NCBI GenBank assembly: GCA_965218495.1
Contig: OZ244626.1
Span: forward strand, 4,464,196-4,528,195
Direction: 5' to 3'
Length of the DNA: 64,000 bases
Source: Rhodothermales bacterium
Lineage (GTDB): Bacteria; Bacteroidota; Rhodothermia; Rhodothermales; Bin80
Positions 54,685 through 64,000 of this stretch are shown here, piece by piece (positions within the stretch are counted from its first letter, which is position 1; each line of letters begins with the position of its first letter). A model generated the notes under the pieces. That model was not told the DNA's origin and searched no databases. It worked only from the letters and a program-made list of their open reading frames with translations. The translations under genes were made by a program, and so were the position numbers.

Positions 54685-57600
54685 CTAGTGGCTGAAGTTG
54701 ACGCGTATGTTGAACCCGCCCGTGATCCTCGTATAGGGCAATCGGCGGCCGTCCCCGATGAAGTCTTCGTATTCTACGTAGATGTCCGCCGAAACCACAT
54801 TGCTGAATTGGTACGCGATTTTGGGCTCGATCGTTATTCGCGAAGTCTCGGTCAGGACATCGGCGTACGGTTCTTCCAGTGCCATCAGGGGCGTGAAGCC
54901 AGCCTCCGTGACCGCCGCTTCGATGGCGCGCCGAATGTAGAAGTTGCGATCATCGTCGACACGCCGGGAAAGCGAGACGGAAAAGTTGACCCGGTTGTTT
55001 AGCCGACTGCTCATAAACGGCAGCCGAAGGCCTGTGGCCGAGTACGAAGCGGAAAGCGTCAAATCCTGGTTTCGCGTCTCGCTTACTACGTTGTTGGTGG
55101 TGCTGAGAGAGTAGGTGAGGGTTCGATTCCATGTAAAGCCTACCTGCACACCGGCTTTTAGCGAGAGGTCCAGCCCAATTAGGGGCTGAAAACGCTTGTT
55201 GATGCGGGCGGCGTCCACCGCAATGTTGGGCAAGGTATAGGCAACGGTCGGACCACCGGCGAGGTTGAACTCGTCGGGTGCGCCGCCTTGGAGGTTGGAC
55301 CGGAAGTCGGCGCTGTATTCTCCGCTGAAGCTGTGGCGCAATGAAGCGCTAGTGGCAATGATGCGAATTAAGGGCCAGTCCGAAATGCCGTTATATCTGA
55401 CACTCCAACTCGGCAACGGAAACGGCACGCCTCCCGGCGCCGGCGCATTGGCGCCGGTGAGGTACGCCTTGATGAAGTCTTCCACGATCGTCTCGTTGGT
55501 CAGGACTCGTGAATGTACCGTGTCCGGCGGCGTGCCGAGTGGCCCACAGTCCGAGCCACAATCGTTGTGGTAGCGGCCCAGCTGGCTCTGGAACAGCTTC
55601 CCGTAGGAGCTGCCAAAGGACCAGATGGACGTGCTACCTCCCCCGCCGTGGGTGGTATCGGCACCCGGCGTGCCATCTTCCAGAATCCGGTAGGTTAACG
55701 AGGAATTCTCGGAAGTCTCTTTCTTCCAACTTAGCGTGATCTGCAAGTTTGTGCTGGGACTCACCGACATGTTCCCCTGAAACCTATCTCCGCGTGTTTG
55801 CTGATCGGTCACCTGGAGCCGGTCGTTAATGACGCGGTCGGTAGCGGGATCTATGGTATTCTCGAACCCCAGGCGATAGCCGACCGAAGGTCCCTTGCCA
55901 CTAAAGATGGCATCATACAGGCTGTAACTGGGCAATACCATGCCACTTTCGTTTATGCGTCCCACGTTCGTAGCATCGGCGCGCCGCTCTCCACTGTAGC
56001 TGAAGGTGGCGTTTTGAATGCCCGTGACGGCTAGGAAGGTGCGCCTGAAAAGCGCCTGCGGCGACAGAAAAGCAGGGAGCCTGATTTTTCCTCGCTTGGT
56101 GGTATCTGGCGGAGTCTCCTCGACGACCGGTTGTTCCGGGAGCGGCAGGTCTTCCGGGAGCGGCAGGTCTTCCGGAAGTGGTTCCCCCACCGCTTCGACT
56201 TCAGCCGTGTCTGCCGCGGCCTGTTCTCGCGCTAGGCGCCGAGCCTCGCGCCGAGCCTCGCGTCGTGCTTCCCGCTCGCGCTGCCGCTGCGCCTTCCTGT
56301 CCTGAGTTGCAGACTGCGCCGCGCGCTGGCTTTCGTCAAGCCTTTTGTAAATGGGGAGGTTTTGAAGAACATCCCGTGGGCGTGCGGTGATGCCGCCACG
56401 GAGCGTGACTCTGGTGTTCACCTGTGCACCGGTGTTGTTGCTTACCGACCCGTTGCGCCACGAGAAGTTGGCGCTGTATCCTATATCCTGGAGGTTTAGC
56501 CAGCTAAGCCAGGGAGCGGATAGCTGTGGCCGGAAGGTGGCACCCGCCTGCGATGAGTATGTCTCCGTCCTTACGGCAGACAGGTCGGCGCGGCCGCTGA
56601 CGGCGCGTTGCAGTACCTGTAGGGCACCAGGTGTGCGGAGCCCCGTAAGCTCAAATGCAGAGACTCCAATCTGGGAGCTATCAACGGTGCCTTCATTGAT
56701 TAGCGAGGCGAGCCGCGTATCTTCCAATCGCGTCTCAGCGCCCGTGGAATCCACAAGGATAACAGAAAACGTCGTATCAACACCTACAGCGTTAAGGGTC
56801 TGGTTTGTGTTGGCTTGCATGTTCATGCTGAGGAATCCAAACGGGTTGTACTGCAGCGAAAACCGTCGGGCATGGCCGAGCCGGTGCTGTTGTCGTACGG
56901 GCAGCTCAACATCCAGGGGTTTCTCCAGTATTCGTTGTCGCACGGGGTCCAGCCGCTGCTGTGACTGGCTGAATGTGCGGTTTGCGGTGAGGCTGTAGTC
57001 GACCGAGTTGGGCAGATAATTGAAGGTGAGATCGCCTATGACCCCAACAAAACGGACGCCCTTTAAAAACCAGAAGGGATATAACAGGCGTGCCCGCGGC
57101 ACCTGCAGCCGGTAGGCTAGTGACGAATTCCAGCGCCAGGAGTCACGCATAACCTGCCGTGGTGAGCGGCTCTTGGTTTCGGAGAAGGAATACGAAATGT
57201 TGGTGGCATCGACCGTGTATTTCAGCAAGCCCGAGCGTGAGCGCGACTTCTGTATTCGGGCCGTATACGATCGCGTCTGGGAGCGTGTCTGCGCTTGGAG
57301 GTCGATCTCTTCCTGGCGCTGCCTGATCTGTTCAGGTGTCAGCGTGGAGTCTGCGGCGATGGCATTCTTCAGACTCGTTACGCGCACATCGCCCCGGTTG
57401 GGATCAAAGCGCGGCGTGGACGAACTTGATTTGACTTCCATGCTCACCGGCAATCGCCACCCGAAGCGCGCTGGAACGAAGGTGTCCATGTTGACCTGGG
57501 TGTTCACGGTCCAGTCCCTGCTATTGACCTGGGAGCGGTCGCCCAGCGTGCTCTGGAGGCCTCCGAAACCGTCCGTCTGCATCCGCGCGGTGGCTTTGAC

Positions 57601-60600
57601 ACGGCCGAAGTCGGCGAGTCCGATGTTGGCATTGAGGAGGCCAGCAATGCCAGCTTCCTCATCATAGCCAGCGACCCTCATTTCATTCACCCACACGTTG
57701 ACATCGGTGAGCACGCGTTGGGACTTAGAAGTGTTGCGGATGCCGAGAACAATTGTGTTGACGCGTGCGAGTGAAGGCGTGCCTTTGACACCAACGCGTG
57801 TTCCGGGCGCGGCAAAGGCATCTACGATCTCCTGCAGGTCTCCGTGTATGTTGCTCCAGAACACTGAGTCGGGATCGAATGGCATGCCAGACGCGTCTGC
57901 GTACTCGTCCCGCCTGAACTTGAGTTGGTTCAGCGCACTGAGCTCTATGTTTACAGAGTTCAGGTCAATATGTGAGGGTCCGTCAGGGTCTGGGTTGGGC
58001 TGATGTGTACGCCAGACGTAGTCACTGCGCTGCGTGCCTTCTTCTGGGAGCATATTCATTGGACTGGGCGTCAGCGGCAGCTCAATCTCGTAGTAGTCGT
58101 TGATTTCGTTGGCGCCCAGGCGCATAAAGAAGCGTACCTCACCCCGATCTTCCTCCAGTAGCGGCAGGCCATCTGCAAAGCCGTCTAGGTGCAAAAACAT
58201 GCGGAGGTTGCCGTAGCGCAGAAAGTCGACACCTGAGGCGTAGGTATGGAATACGGCCTGCTGGCGTTTTGGATGGACTTCCTTGGCACGGAGGACCATT
58301 GCCTGTTCCCGCGCGTCCCGCGTTTCGACGCCTTGCCTGATGCGAGTGCGAACGGTGCCGTTGGGGATCTCGTAGCCTGTGGTTTCTTCGTTGTTGACGC
58401 TCTCGATGCTGATGGTGCCGGCCGGGAGCGGGTCGTCGTCGGGGAGCTCGAAGTCACGGGCACTCCGCTTGCTGACCGCTTCCGATGTACGCCACTGGCT
58501 ACCTACAAGATCAAGCGTAGCAAACCGGAGCGTGATCGGCTGAGTATGGCCGGTGGTCCATAGTCGGATGGACTCGATCAGGGTAAAGTCCTGAATGTCA
58601 CCAACACGACGACTGAATTCTTTGACGGGGATTCGCACCACGTACCAACCGTTACCGCCGTCGCCGGTCTCAATCTCGTTGACGACGTAGTCATCGGTTC
58701 GGTCCGGGCTGGCAAGCTCGTCCAGCTTGGTGAGGCTCAGCGGCAACTCATACTGAAAGTAGCTGTTATCCGTGTCAGAAGTGGAGTTGAGGTTGATATC
58801 CTCGGAATCCGGTAACCGCGAGTTGCCGGTAGGCTCCGACGAGTCGGAGAGCTCCCTCTGGGCCTCGAAGGAATTCAGTTCGTGGCCCGAAAAGAAGTGC
58901 GTAAACCGCTGCTGGACGGTGGCACCGCCAGGGGGGTAGAACGACGAGTTGGAGTAGAACGTCTCATCCAGGAAGTAATGATAATCGTCGCCGGAAGGGT
59001 CGCGCTCAGCCTTTTCTCTTTCGCGCGCCAGTTGCTGCGGAAAGAGTGCACTTGAGGTCGCTGCCAAAGAGTCCCGAAACTCCTTAAACTTCTGGTCCTC
59101 CGTGCCGAGGCCTCCTTCGCGCTCAAACTTGTTGTCAGGGAACGATGCCAGCCCATCGAGCCCAAGGTCTTCTGTGATTCGCTCTCCGGGGTCAATGGGG
59201 TTGATAGCCTGGTTTTGCTGCCCCGTGGAGAGACGTGCCAACCTGCCGACCGGTCCGCCGTCCGAGGTTGAAAGGCCGTCCTCTGTGTTAAGCTTGTTGT
59301 CCGGGATGACTTCCTCTGAAATGCGGCCCAAATCTATAATGAGGCGTGCATCGGGGTCTGCATCGGTCCCTTCCGGGAAGGGTTGGAAGACAAATTCAAC
59401 GAATTCGATGTTCTTGGACGTGAAGTCGGTGTTGCCTTCGGAGAGGCGTTGCGTCATGCCGCCCCATGCAGAGCGCGGGTCGTCGAGGAAGCCGCCCAGA
59501 TCCATGTTGTAGTTGTATGGACCGCGCTCATGCGGGGTAAAATAAAAGTCAAGCAAAGTCAGAGTGCGCTCATACGTCGATTCTGTACGGTTTGGGAAGA
59601 CCGAGTTTGGCGTATACTGGGTCACTGCGGGGTCGGCAGGCCTGCCCAGCTGCTCTAGCGCATGGTCGTTAAGGGTATACCAGCCCAATGCGGCGCGTGT
59701 GTTGTTGGACAGCTCCATCGGGGCACCGCCGTTGTCGACATGCTCGCCCAGCACGGGGGCGCTGCTAAGAAGCCAGGCACCCGGGCGCTTCAGCGTCAAC
59801 AGGTTCTCAAAGCCTTCGAAGTCATCCACGTACGAGATGCCTTGGATCTCGTCGGAACTAAAATCACGGCCCTGCTTTCGCAGGTCCCGCCGCTCTTCCT
59901 TGAAGGCATTGGTGAGCGAACGACCCGGCCTAAGCTGCGCAAACTCACCCTGCAGGCTAATGGAGCTCGGTTCCTTGGTCTGAAGCAACGGCACTGCATC
60001 AATGAAACGTGTAAGCCAGCGGGGCTCGAGGTCCAGCGACCCATCCACGCCCCAAATCATGTTCGAGATGGGCTCTTCGCCGATACGATACTTGTCCGTG
60101 ACGGATTTCTGATTCATTCGCATCACCGTCCCGCCCAACTCGAACCGCTCGTCCGTAGAATAGTCCAGTCTGGCGCCCAAGAGCGTCTTCTTCTGCGCAT
60201 CGAAAAGGGAGTTCTCCTCATGCTCAATGGAGATGTCACGTCCGCTGGTGAGGTATGCTGTGTTGATGATGTCGACCGTGCCTCCCTGGTAGTCGACGAT
60301 GAAATCGGTGCGCTCGGTAAGCGGGACGCCGCCACTGGTGACGCGCACCGAGCCCGGCACTACGCCGCCGAGGGCATTTAGCTCATAGAAAGACGGAATA
60401 CCGCCTTTATAGGAGCCTTGGATACGGTATACGTTTAGCTTCGTGTTACGTGCGGCATTGACGCGCTTTTTGGTATACATATCCGTGAAGACATACTGCT
60501 CCCGGGCCAGCACTTTCTCTTCTTCCGGCAGCCCGCTTTGGTCAATAAGCGCTTCCATACGGTTGCCAAATGGCTGCAGGTACGGAAAGATGAGCAGCCC

Positions 60601-62613
60601 CTCACCTTGTATGACAGAGTAGTTATTCAGGTAGTCAAAGAGGTCGTCCGGCTGGTCGGCGCCATCCTCATTGAGGCGGTCAAGGCCCAGGACTTGGATC
60701 AGCGTCTGTTGTCCCGTGATGCCGGCCAGCGTCTTGGTGGCCCCCCGCCCGGGCGGCTCATGCACGATATCGAGCACAAACTCGGACGGCATCAGGCCGC
60801 GCCCAATGCGGTATATGTTGCGCATTTCCAAGTACCAGGCGGCCGGATTGAGCCGGTTGGGTTGGTCGAGGTTTGCAGGCTGTTGCAGGTTTACGGGCTT
60901 AAGCAGCTTAAGCACGATTCGCTCACCGGTCTGGCTGTTATCACCGCCGCCGGTTTCAGAGGAAAAGTCGCCGACCTGTACTTCTTGTCCGCCTGCCAGA
61001 TATCGGAATGAGACCGCAAGCGCTTCGCTTTCCTGGATTGGGCTTTTCAGGGTGAGGTAGCCGAGCAGCGGATCGATGTCATATTCGCGACCCTCATCAA
61101 GCTTTTTGAACTGACCCACCTGGTAGTCGAAGCTCCGGAGGGGGCGGTCCATGGCATCGGACTCAAGGTAGCCACGGGGCACGGCATCGCCTGGGCGAAG
61201 CTCCTCGTCAAGCTCGGTGTCGGAGTACTGGTCCAGGTCTGGACTGGGTCGTAGCGGTTCGGTGTAGCCGTCTGCGTCACGAACGACCTGCTGGCTCTCA
61301 CCCAGGTCTACCACCGCAACGACCTGGCGCACGTTTTTTTCCTCCGGTGGTACGGGAGTCAGTTTCCAGACTTCAAGGTTGGTAATGCCGGAAAAGACCG
61401 CATCCAGTATGATGTCCGGGGGATCGCTTAGAGCCAGCTCCCACCGGTTGCGGAAGTAATAAGACAGGAAGTAATGGGTCCGCTCACTGTAGTCGGTGGG
61501 CCTGTTGTTGAATTCAGTGGATTCGGCGCCACCTTCAAGTGAAAGAGAGTTGGACTGACCTTCCTGTTGGCTGGCAACGGTCGTCAGCGTGAAGCCGCCC
61601 ATCTGGAATTCAGACTTTAAGCCAAAGAGACTTTGCCCGCCTCGAATGAGAGATGACTGGGTCTGAAGAAAGACGTTGCCGGCTTCAATGCTCTGGATGA
61701 TCTCGTCTTCGTAGCCGGTGTAGTGCAGCTTGAGCTGGTTTTGGTAGTCGAAATCGCGGCTCGTGTTCCAGTCCACTTCCACAGCCATCTTATCACCAAT
61801 AGTGCCTTTGACGCCAAGGCTCAGGTCCATCTTGAATGATGGGTCGATGCGCGAAGGCAGGCCGAGCGCAAGCTGCTGCTCACTCTTGTTGTATATGAAT
61901 CCCGGTTTGATATCTGCGCTGCCGGTGACGCGGAGATCTACCGTATTTTTTCCAAAGATGGTCGTAAACCCGCTCTCGCGTCCGCCCGGCACTTGGATTT
62001 GCAGGCCTACGCCGCCGCGCCGCTCATAGTCGCGCCGCTCCTGTCGGCGCTGAAGTAATTCACGCCAGTTGCGATCCAGGCTGGCTGCCAACTTTTCCTG
62101 GCGATACTGCGAACGCGTGAGGGTGACGGGATAGCGGATGTCTCTACCCAGTATCTGTTCGCGGGCCGTGTACGTCATGCGCGTGGAGTCCAGCATCAAC
62201 TGGTGCCTACCTGGCGGCGTCGGCCCAAATGAGCGTCGCGTTGGCTCAAAGATGGACGCGACGCGTGGACGTAACCGCAGGGCCGACAGGTATCGGTCCG
62301 CGCGCACGATTGTGTCACCGGCTACCGAGTCGACCAGCGCGGTTAGAAGCGAGTCGTCCATCGTGCGCACCAGTGCACGCAAAGAGTCCACGCCCAACTC
62401 ACGTATGAATGCAAGGAGTGAATCGACCTGGTACAGGCCCACGGTATCGGTATCCGCGCGGACGCTCGACACCAATCCTGCGCTGCGGCCCTGGAATTGG
62501 ACGCGCGCGAATTCGCCCTGCGCCGCAGAAGAGGCCAGACACAGAAGGATGGCCCCCGCAACGAGACTTGCCAGCCTGCGTAGCGGATGGTGGTGCCGCA
62601 CGGTTTCCTGCAT
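54685..62613 (-). CDS. sprA: T9SS translocon SprA
   Basis: 2642-aa single ORF with a signal peptide and giant beta-barrel-type composition. Size, lineage context and C-terminal barrel strands (ITGGFNIRVNFSH) fit SprA. Confidence 0.9.
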   Translation of the reverse strand: MQETVRHHHPLRRLASLVAGAILLCLASSAAQGEFARVQFQGRSAGLVSSVRADTDTVGLYQVDSLLAFIRELGVDSLRALVRTMDDSLLTALVDSVAGDTIVRADRYLSALRLRPRVASIFEPTRRSFGPTPPGRHQLMLDSTRMTYTAREQILGRDIRYPVTLTRSQYRQEKLAASLDRNWRELLQRRQERRDYERRGGVGLQIQVPGGRESGFTTIFGKNTVDLRVTGSADIKPGFIYNKSEQQLALGLPSRIDPSFKMDLSLGVKGTIGDKMAVEVDWNTSRDFDYQNQLKLHYTGYEDEIIQSIEAGNVFLQTQSSLIRGGQSLFGLKSEFQMGGFTLTTVASQQEGQSNSLSLEGGAESTEFNNRPTDYSERTHYFLSYYFRNRWELALSDPPDIILDAVFSGITNLEVWKLTPVPPEEKNVRQVVAVVDLGESQQVVRDADGYTEPLRPSPDLDQYSDTELDEELRPGDAVPRGYLESDAMDRPLRSFDYQVGQFKKLDEGREYDIDPLLGYLTLKSPIQESEALAVSFRYLAGGQEVQVGDFSSETGGGDNSQTGERIVLKLLKPVNLQQPANLDQPNRLNPAAWYLEMRNIYRIGRGLMPSEFVLDIVHEPPGRGATKTLAGITGQQTLIQVLGLDRLNEDGADQPDDLFDYLNNYSVIQGEGLLIFPYLQPFGNRMEALIDQSGLPEEEKVLAREQYVFTDMYTKKRVNAARNTKLNVYRIQGSYKGGIPSFYELNALGGVVPGSVRVTSGGVPLTERTDFIVDYQGGTVDIINTAYLTSGRDISIEHEENSLFDAQKKTLLGARLDYSTDERFELGGTVMRMNQKSVTDKYRIGEEPISNMIWGVDGSLDLEPRWLTRFIDAVPLLQTKEPSSISLQGEFAQLRPGRSLTNAFKEERRDLRKQGRDFSSDEIQGISYVDDFEGFENLLTLKRPGAWLLSSAPVLGEHVDNGGAPMELSNNTRAALGWYTLNDHALEQLGRPADPAVTQYTPNSVFPNRTESTYERTLTLLDFYFTPHERGPYNYNMDLGGFLDDPRSAWGGMTQRLSEGNTDFTSKNIEFVEFVFQPFPEGTDADPDARLIIDLGRISEEVIPDNKLNTEDGLSTSDGGPVGRLARLSTGQQNQAINPIDPGERITEDLGLDGLASFPDNKFEREGGLGTEDQKFKEFRDSLAATSSALFPQQLAREREKAERDPSGDDYHYFLDETFYSNSSFYPPGGATVQQRFTHFFSGHELNSFEAQRELSDSSEPTGNSRLPDSEDINLNSTSDTDNSYFQYELPLSLTKLDELASPDRTDDYVVNEIETGDGGNGWYVVRIPVKEFSRRVGDIQDFTLIESIRLWTTGHTQPITLRFATLDLVGSQWRTSEAVSKRSARDFELPDDDPLPAGTISIESVNNEETTGYEIPNGTVRTRIRQGVETRDAREQAMVLRAKEVHPKRQQAVFHTYASGVDFLRYGNLRMFLHLDGFADGLPLLEEDRGEVRFFMRLGANEINDYYEIELPLTPSPMNMLPEEGTQRSDYVWRTHQPNPDPDGPSHIDLNSVNIELSALNQLKFRRDEYADASGMPFDPDSVFWSNIHGDLQEIVDAFAAPGTRVGVKGTPSLARVNTIVLGIRNTSKSQRVLTDVNVWVNEMRVAGYDEEAGIAGLLNANIGLADFGRVKATARMQTDGFGGLQSTLGDRSQVNSRDWTVNTQVNMDTFVPARFGWRLPVSMEVKSSSSTPRFDPNRGDVRVTSLKNAIAADSTLTPEQIRQRQEEIDLQAQTRSQTRSYTARIQKSRSRSGLLKYTVDATNISYSFSETKSRSPRQVMRDSWRWNSSLAYRLQVPRARLLYPFWFLKGVRFVGVIGDLTFNYLPNSVDYSLTANRTFSQSQQRLDPVRQRILEKPLDVELPVRQQHRLGHARRFSLQYNPFGFLSMNMQANTNQTLNAVGVDTTFSVILVDSTGAETRLEDTRLASLINEGTVDSSQIGVSAFELTGLRTPGALQVLQRAVSGRADLSAVRTETYSSQAGATFRPQLSAPWLSWLNLQDIGYSANFSWRNGSVSNNTGAQVNTRVTLRGGITARPRDVLQNLPIYKRLDESQRAAQSATQDRKAQRQREREARREARREARRLAREQAAADTAEVEAVGEPLPEDLPLPEDLPLPEQPVVEETPPDTTKRGKIRLPAFLSPQALFRRTFLAVTGIQNATFSYSGERRADATNVGRINESGMVLPSYSLYDAIFSGKGPSVGYRLGFENTIDPATDRVINDRLQVTDQQTRGDRFQGNMSVSPSTNLQITLSWKKETSENSSLTYRILEDGTPGADTTHGGGGSTSIWSFGSSYGKLFQSQLGRYHNDCGSDCGPLGTPPDTVHSRVLTNETIVEDFIKAYLTGANAPAPGGVPFPLPSWSVRYNGISDWPLIRIIATSASLRHSFSGEYSADFRSNLQGGAPDEFNLAGGPTVAYTLPNIAVDAARINKRFQPLIGLDLSLKAGVQVGFTWNRTLTYSLSTTNNVVSETRNQDLTLSASYSATGLRLPFMSSRLNNRVNFSVSLSRRVDDDRNFYIRRAIEAAVTEAGFTPLMALEEPYADVLTETSRITIEPKIAYQFSNVVSADIYVEYEDFIGDGRRLPYTRITGGFNIRVNFSH

Positions 62614-62786
62614 ATGCTCTAAACGAGCAAGATTCAGTCAAGAAGTAGTCGCCGGTAGCAAGAAAGGTCTATGCGGTGTCCCTTTTTTTGACGCGATTTT
62701 GTACCCTTGCAGGGCCGACTTGCGGCGTTTGGCACTTCTGTGTCAACGCAGAAATATTCGGTATGTTCACCAAAGAGTCTACAGCC

Positions 62787-63245
62787 ATGAGTCGTCTTTG
62801 CTTCCTGATAGCTCTTTTCGTCCTCGTTGCAGGGTGTGATGCACTTGATTCGTCTCCTGTCGATTCCGCCCCGGAAGAGGCGGCCATACGCGCCGTGCTC
62901 CTGGCGCAGCAGGCGGATTGGAATGCGGGGAATATTGAAGCCTTCATGGAGGGGTACGTCATGAGTGACACGCTCCGCTTCGTTGGCGCTTCAGGGGAGA
63001 TCCTTGGTTGGGATAATACACTCGAACGGTACCATCGTAACTATCCGGATCGCATGGCGATGGGTATTTTAACATTTGACCTGCGGGACATCGATATGCT
63101 GGGGTCGCAGCATGCGACCGTATTCGGGGCGTATTCGCTGCAACGGGAATCTGACAACCCAACAGGTCTCTTCACACTTATTCTTACGAAAACGGAGGGC
63201 GGATGGCGAATCGTGCACGATCACACTACCGCCGATCAACCATAG
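62787..63245 (+). CDS. SnoaL-like/DUF4440 (NTF2-fold) lipoprotein
   Basis: From the ATG at 62787: lipobox LVAGC. Then EEAAIRAVLLAQQADWNAGNIEAFMEGY ... GGWRIVHDHT, typical of YybH/DUF4440 proteins. Confidence 0.7.
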   Translation: MSRLCFLIALFVLVAGCDALDSSPVDSAPEEAAIRAVLLAQQADWNAGNIEAFMEGYVMSDTLRFVGASGEILGWDNTLERYHRNYPDRMAMGILTFDLRDIDMLGSQHATVFGAYSLQRESDNPTGLFTLILTKTEGGWRIVHDHTTADQP

Positions 63246-63251
63246 GATGCC

Positions 63252-63884
63252 ATGGAGCGTGTAGCTGTCATCACGGGTGCTTCCGGGCGGCTTGGCACCC
63301 GCATGGCTGAGCGTTTCCTTGTCGGCGGGTACGTGGTGGTCGGCGTTGGGACAGGCTGCGATTTTGAAGCGGATCTCACGGTGGAGTCCGAGGTGAAACG
63401 GGTTTTTGAGGAGATTGGGAACGACCACGGCACTATTTTTGCCCTCGTGCACACCGCCGGTATGTGGGGCGCCCAGCCGCTGGCAGAAACGACCTTGAAG
63501 GACTGGCAATTGATGATGGATGTCAACTTGACCAGCACGTTCTTGTGCTTTCGTGAGGCGGCGCGCCTAATGGGACAATCTGGCGGCCGTCTGGTGGCCA
63601 TCACGTCGGCCCAGGGCGCCGATCGCGGAATCGCCAGACAAGCGGCGTATGCGGCAGCTAAGGCAGGGGTTGTACGGCTGGTCGAGGCGGCTGCACAGGA
63701 ATACCGTGCGAGGGACATCACAGCGCACGCCGTGGCGCCCAGCGCCATTATCTATGGTGACCGTGATGCCGCCGGCGTGTCCGCTTCAGACTTGGTCGAT
63801 GCGGTGCTCTTTCTTTGCGGTCCCGCTGGCGCATCCGCCAGCGGGGCGACTTGGCGCCTTTACGGAACCCGGGCAGGCTGGTGA
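63252..63884 (+). CDS. SDR-family oxidoreductase
   Basis: VAVITGASGRLG dinucleotide motif and catalytic YAAAKAG. Confidence 0.88.
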   Translation: MERVAVITGASGRLGTRMAERFLVGGYVVVGVGTGCDFEADLTVESEVKRVFEEIGNDHGTIFALVHTAGMWGAQPLAETTLKDWQLMMDVNLTSTFLCFREAARLMGQSGGRLVAITSAQGADRGIARQAAYAAAKAGVVRLVEAAAQEYRARDITAHAVAPSAIIYGDRDAAGVSASDLVDAVLFLCGPAGASASGATWRLYGTRAGW

Positions 63885-64000
63885 GTCAGGCCGATTCCAA
63901 TATTCGCATTCTCCCCGCAGAAGATGCGGCTACCAGGCGCAAGTTCTGGCGGACGCTCGCAGGCGTGTTGGTGGTCCAGGCAGTTGCGCTAGGCCTCCTG
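63881..64000 (+). CDS. Partial CDS, probable membrane protein (5' end only)
   Basis: The GTG at 63881 overlaps the SDR stop (GTGA). The frame is open to the window end and reads VSQADSNIRILPAEDAATRRKFWRTLAGVLVVQAVALGLL, with a TM-like tail. Confidence 0.3.
   Translation, partial: MSQADSNIRILPAEDAATRRKFWRTLAGVLVVQAVALGLL

Noticed and set aside
54688-62839. Numerous 60-240-aa ORFs on the plus strand and in off-frames within sprA (for example 59662-60381 and 62138-62839)
   Set aside because: They are all embedded in the single 2642-codon sprA frame and are shadow ORFs.

Overview
This is a GC-rich bacterial chromosomal segment, most likely from the Bacteroidota/Rhodothermota (FCB) lineage. That call rests on a 2642-aa T9SS translocon SprA, a protease with a T9SS C-terminal sorting domain, a TonB-dependent receptor and a YpdA-type reductase. 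Most of the window is densely packed housekeeping. It includes recO, tadA, truA, aroK, rnhB, rho, glyQS, rny and zapA. It also carries the conserved tRNA-Val/infC/rpmI/rplT/pheS/pheT block, plus nfi, mltG, chorismate mutase, rsfS, lipB and sprA. No rRNA genes or CRISPR arrays were found, and there is a single tRNA. Items worth a second look: (1) an IS1634-family element bounded by 15-bp inverted repeats and a perfect 118-bp direct duplication, itself carrying an IS110-family element; (2) two tandem paralogous heptaheme cytochrome c/TPR lipoproteins whose second gene overlaps a T9SS-sorted metzincin-like protease; (3) a lipoprotein with a YG-rich block and eight perfect 33-bp coding repeats, next to a FadL-like outer-membrane barrel; (4) a 14-codon Phe-containing mini-ORF plus an intrinsic terminator between rplT and pheS; (5) a probable ATC start for infC; (6) a Rho that lacks the N-terminal helical domain; (7) three roughly 1-1.5 kb gene-poor gaps that look like decayed genes, one of them a frameshifted rhodanese. 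The ORF track shows GTG/TTG starts as M. Several listed ORFs are N-terminally over-extended, and I trimmed them where an internal ATG fits the protein family. All family assignments come from motif recognition by eye. No searches were run.
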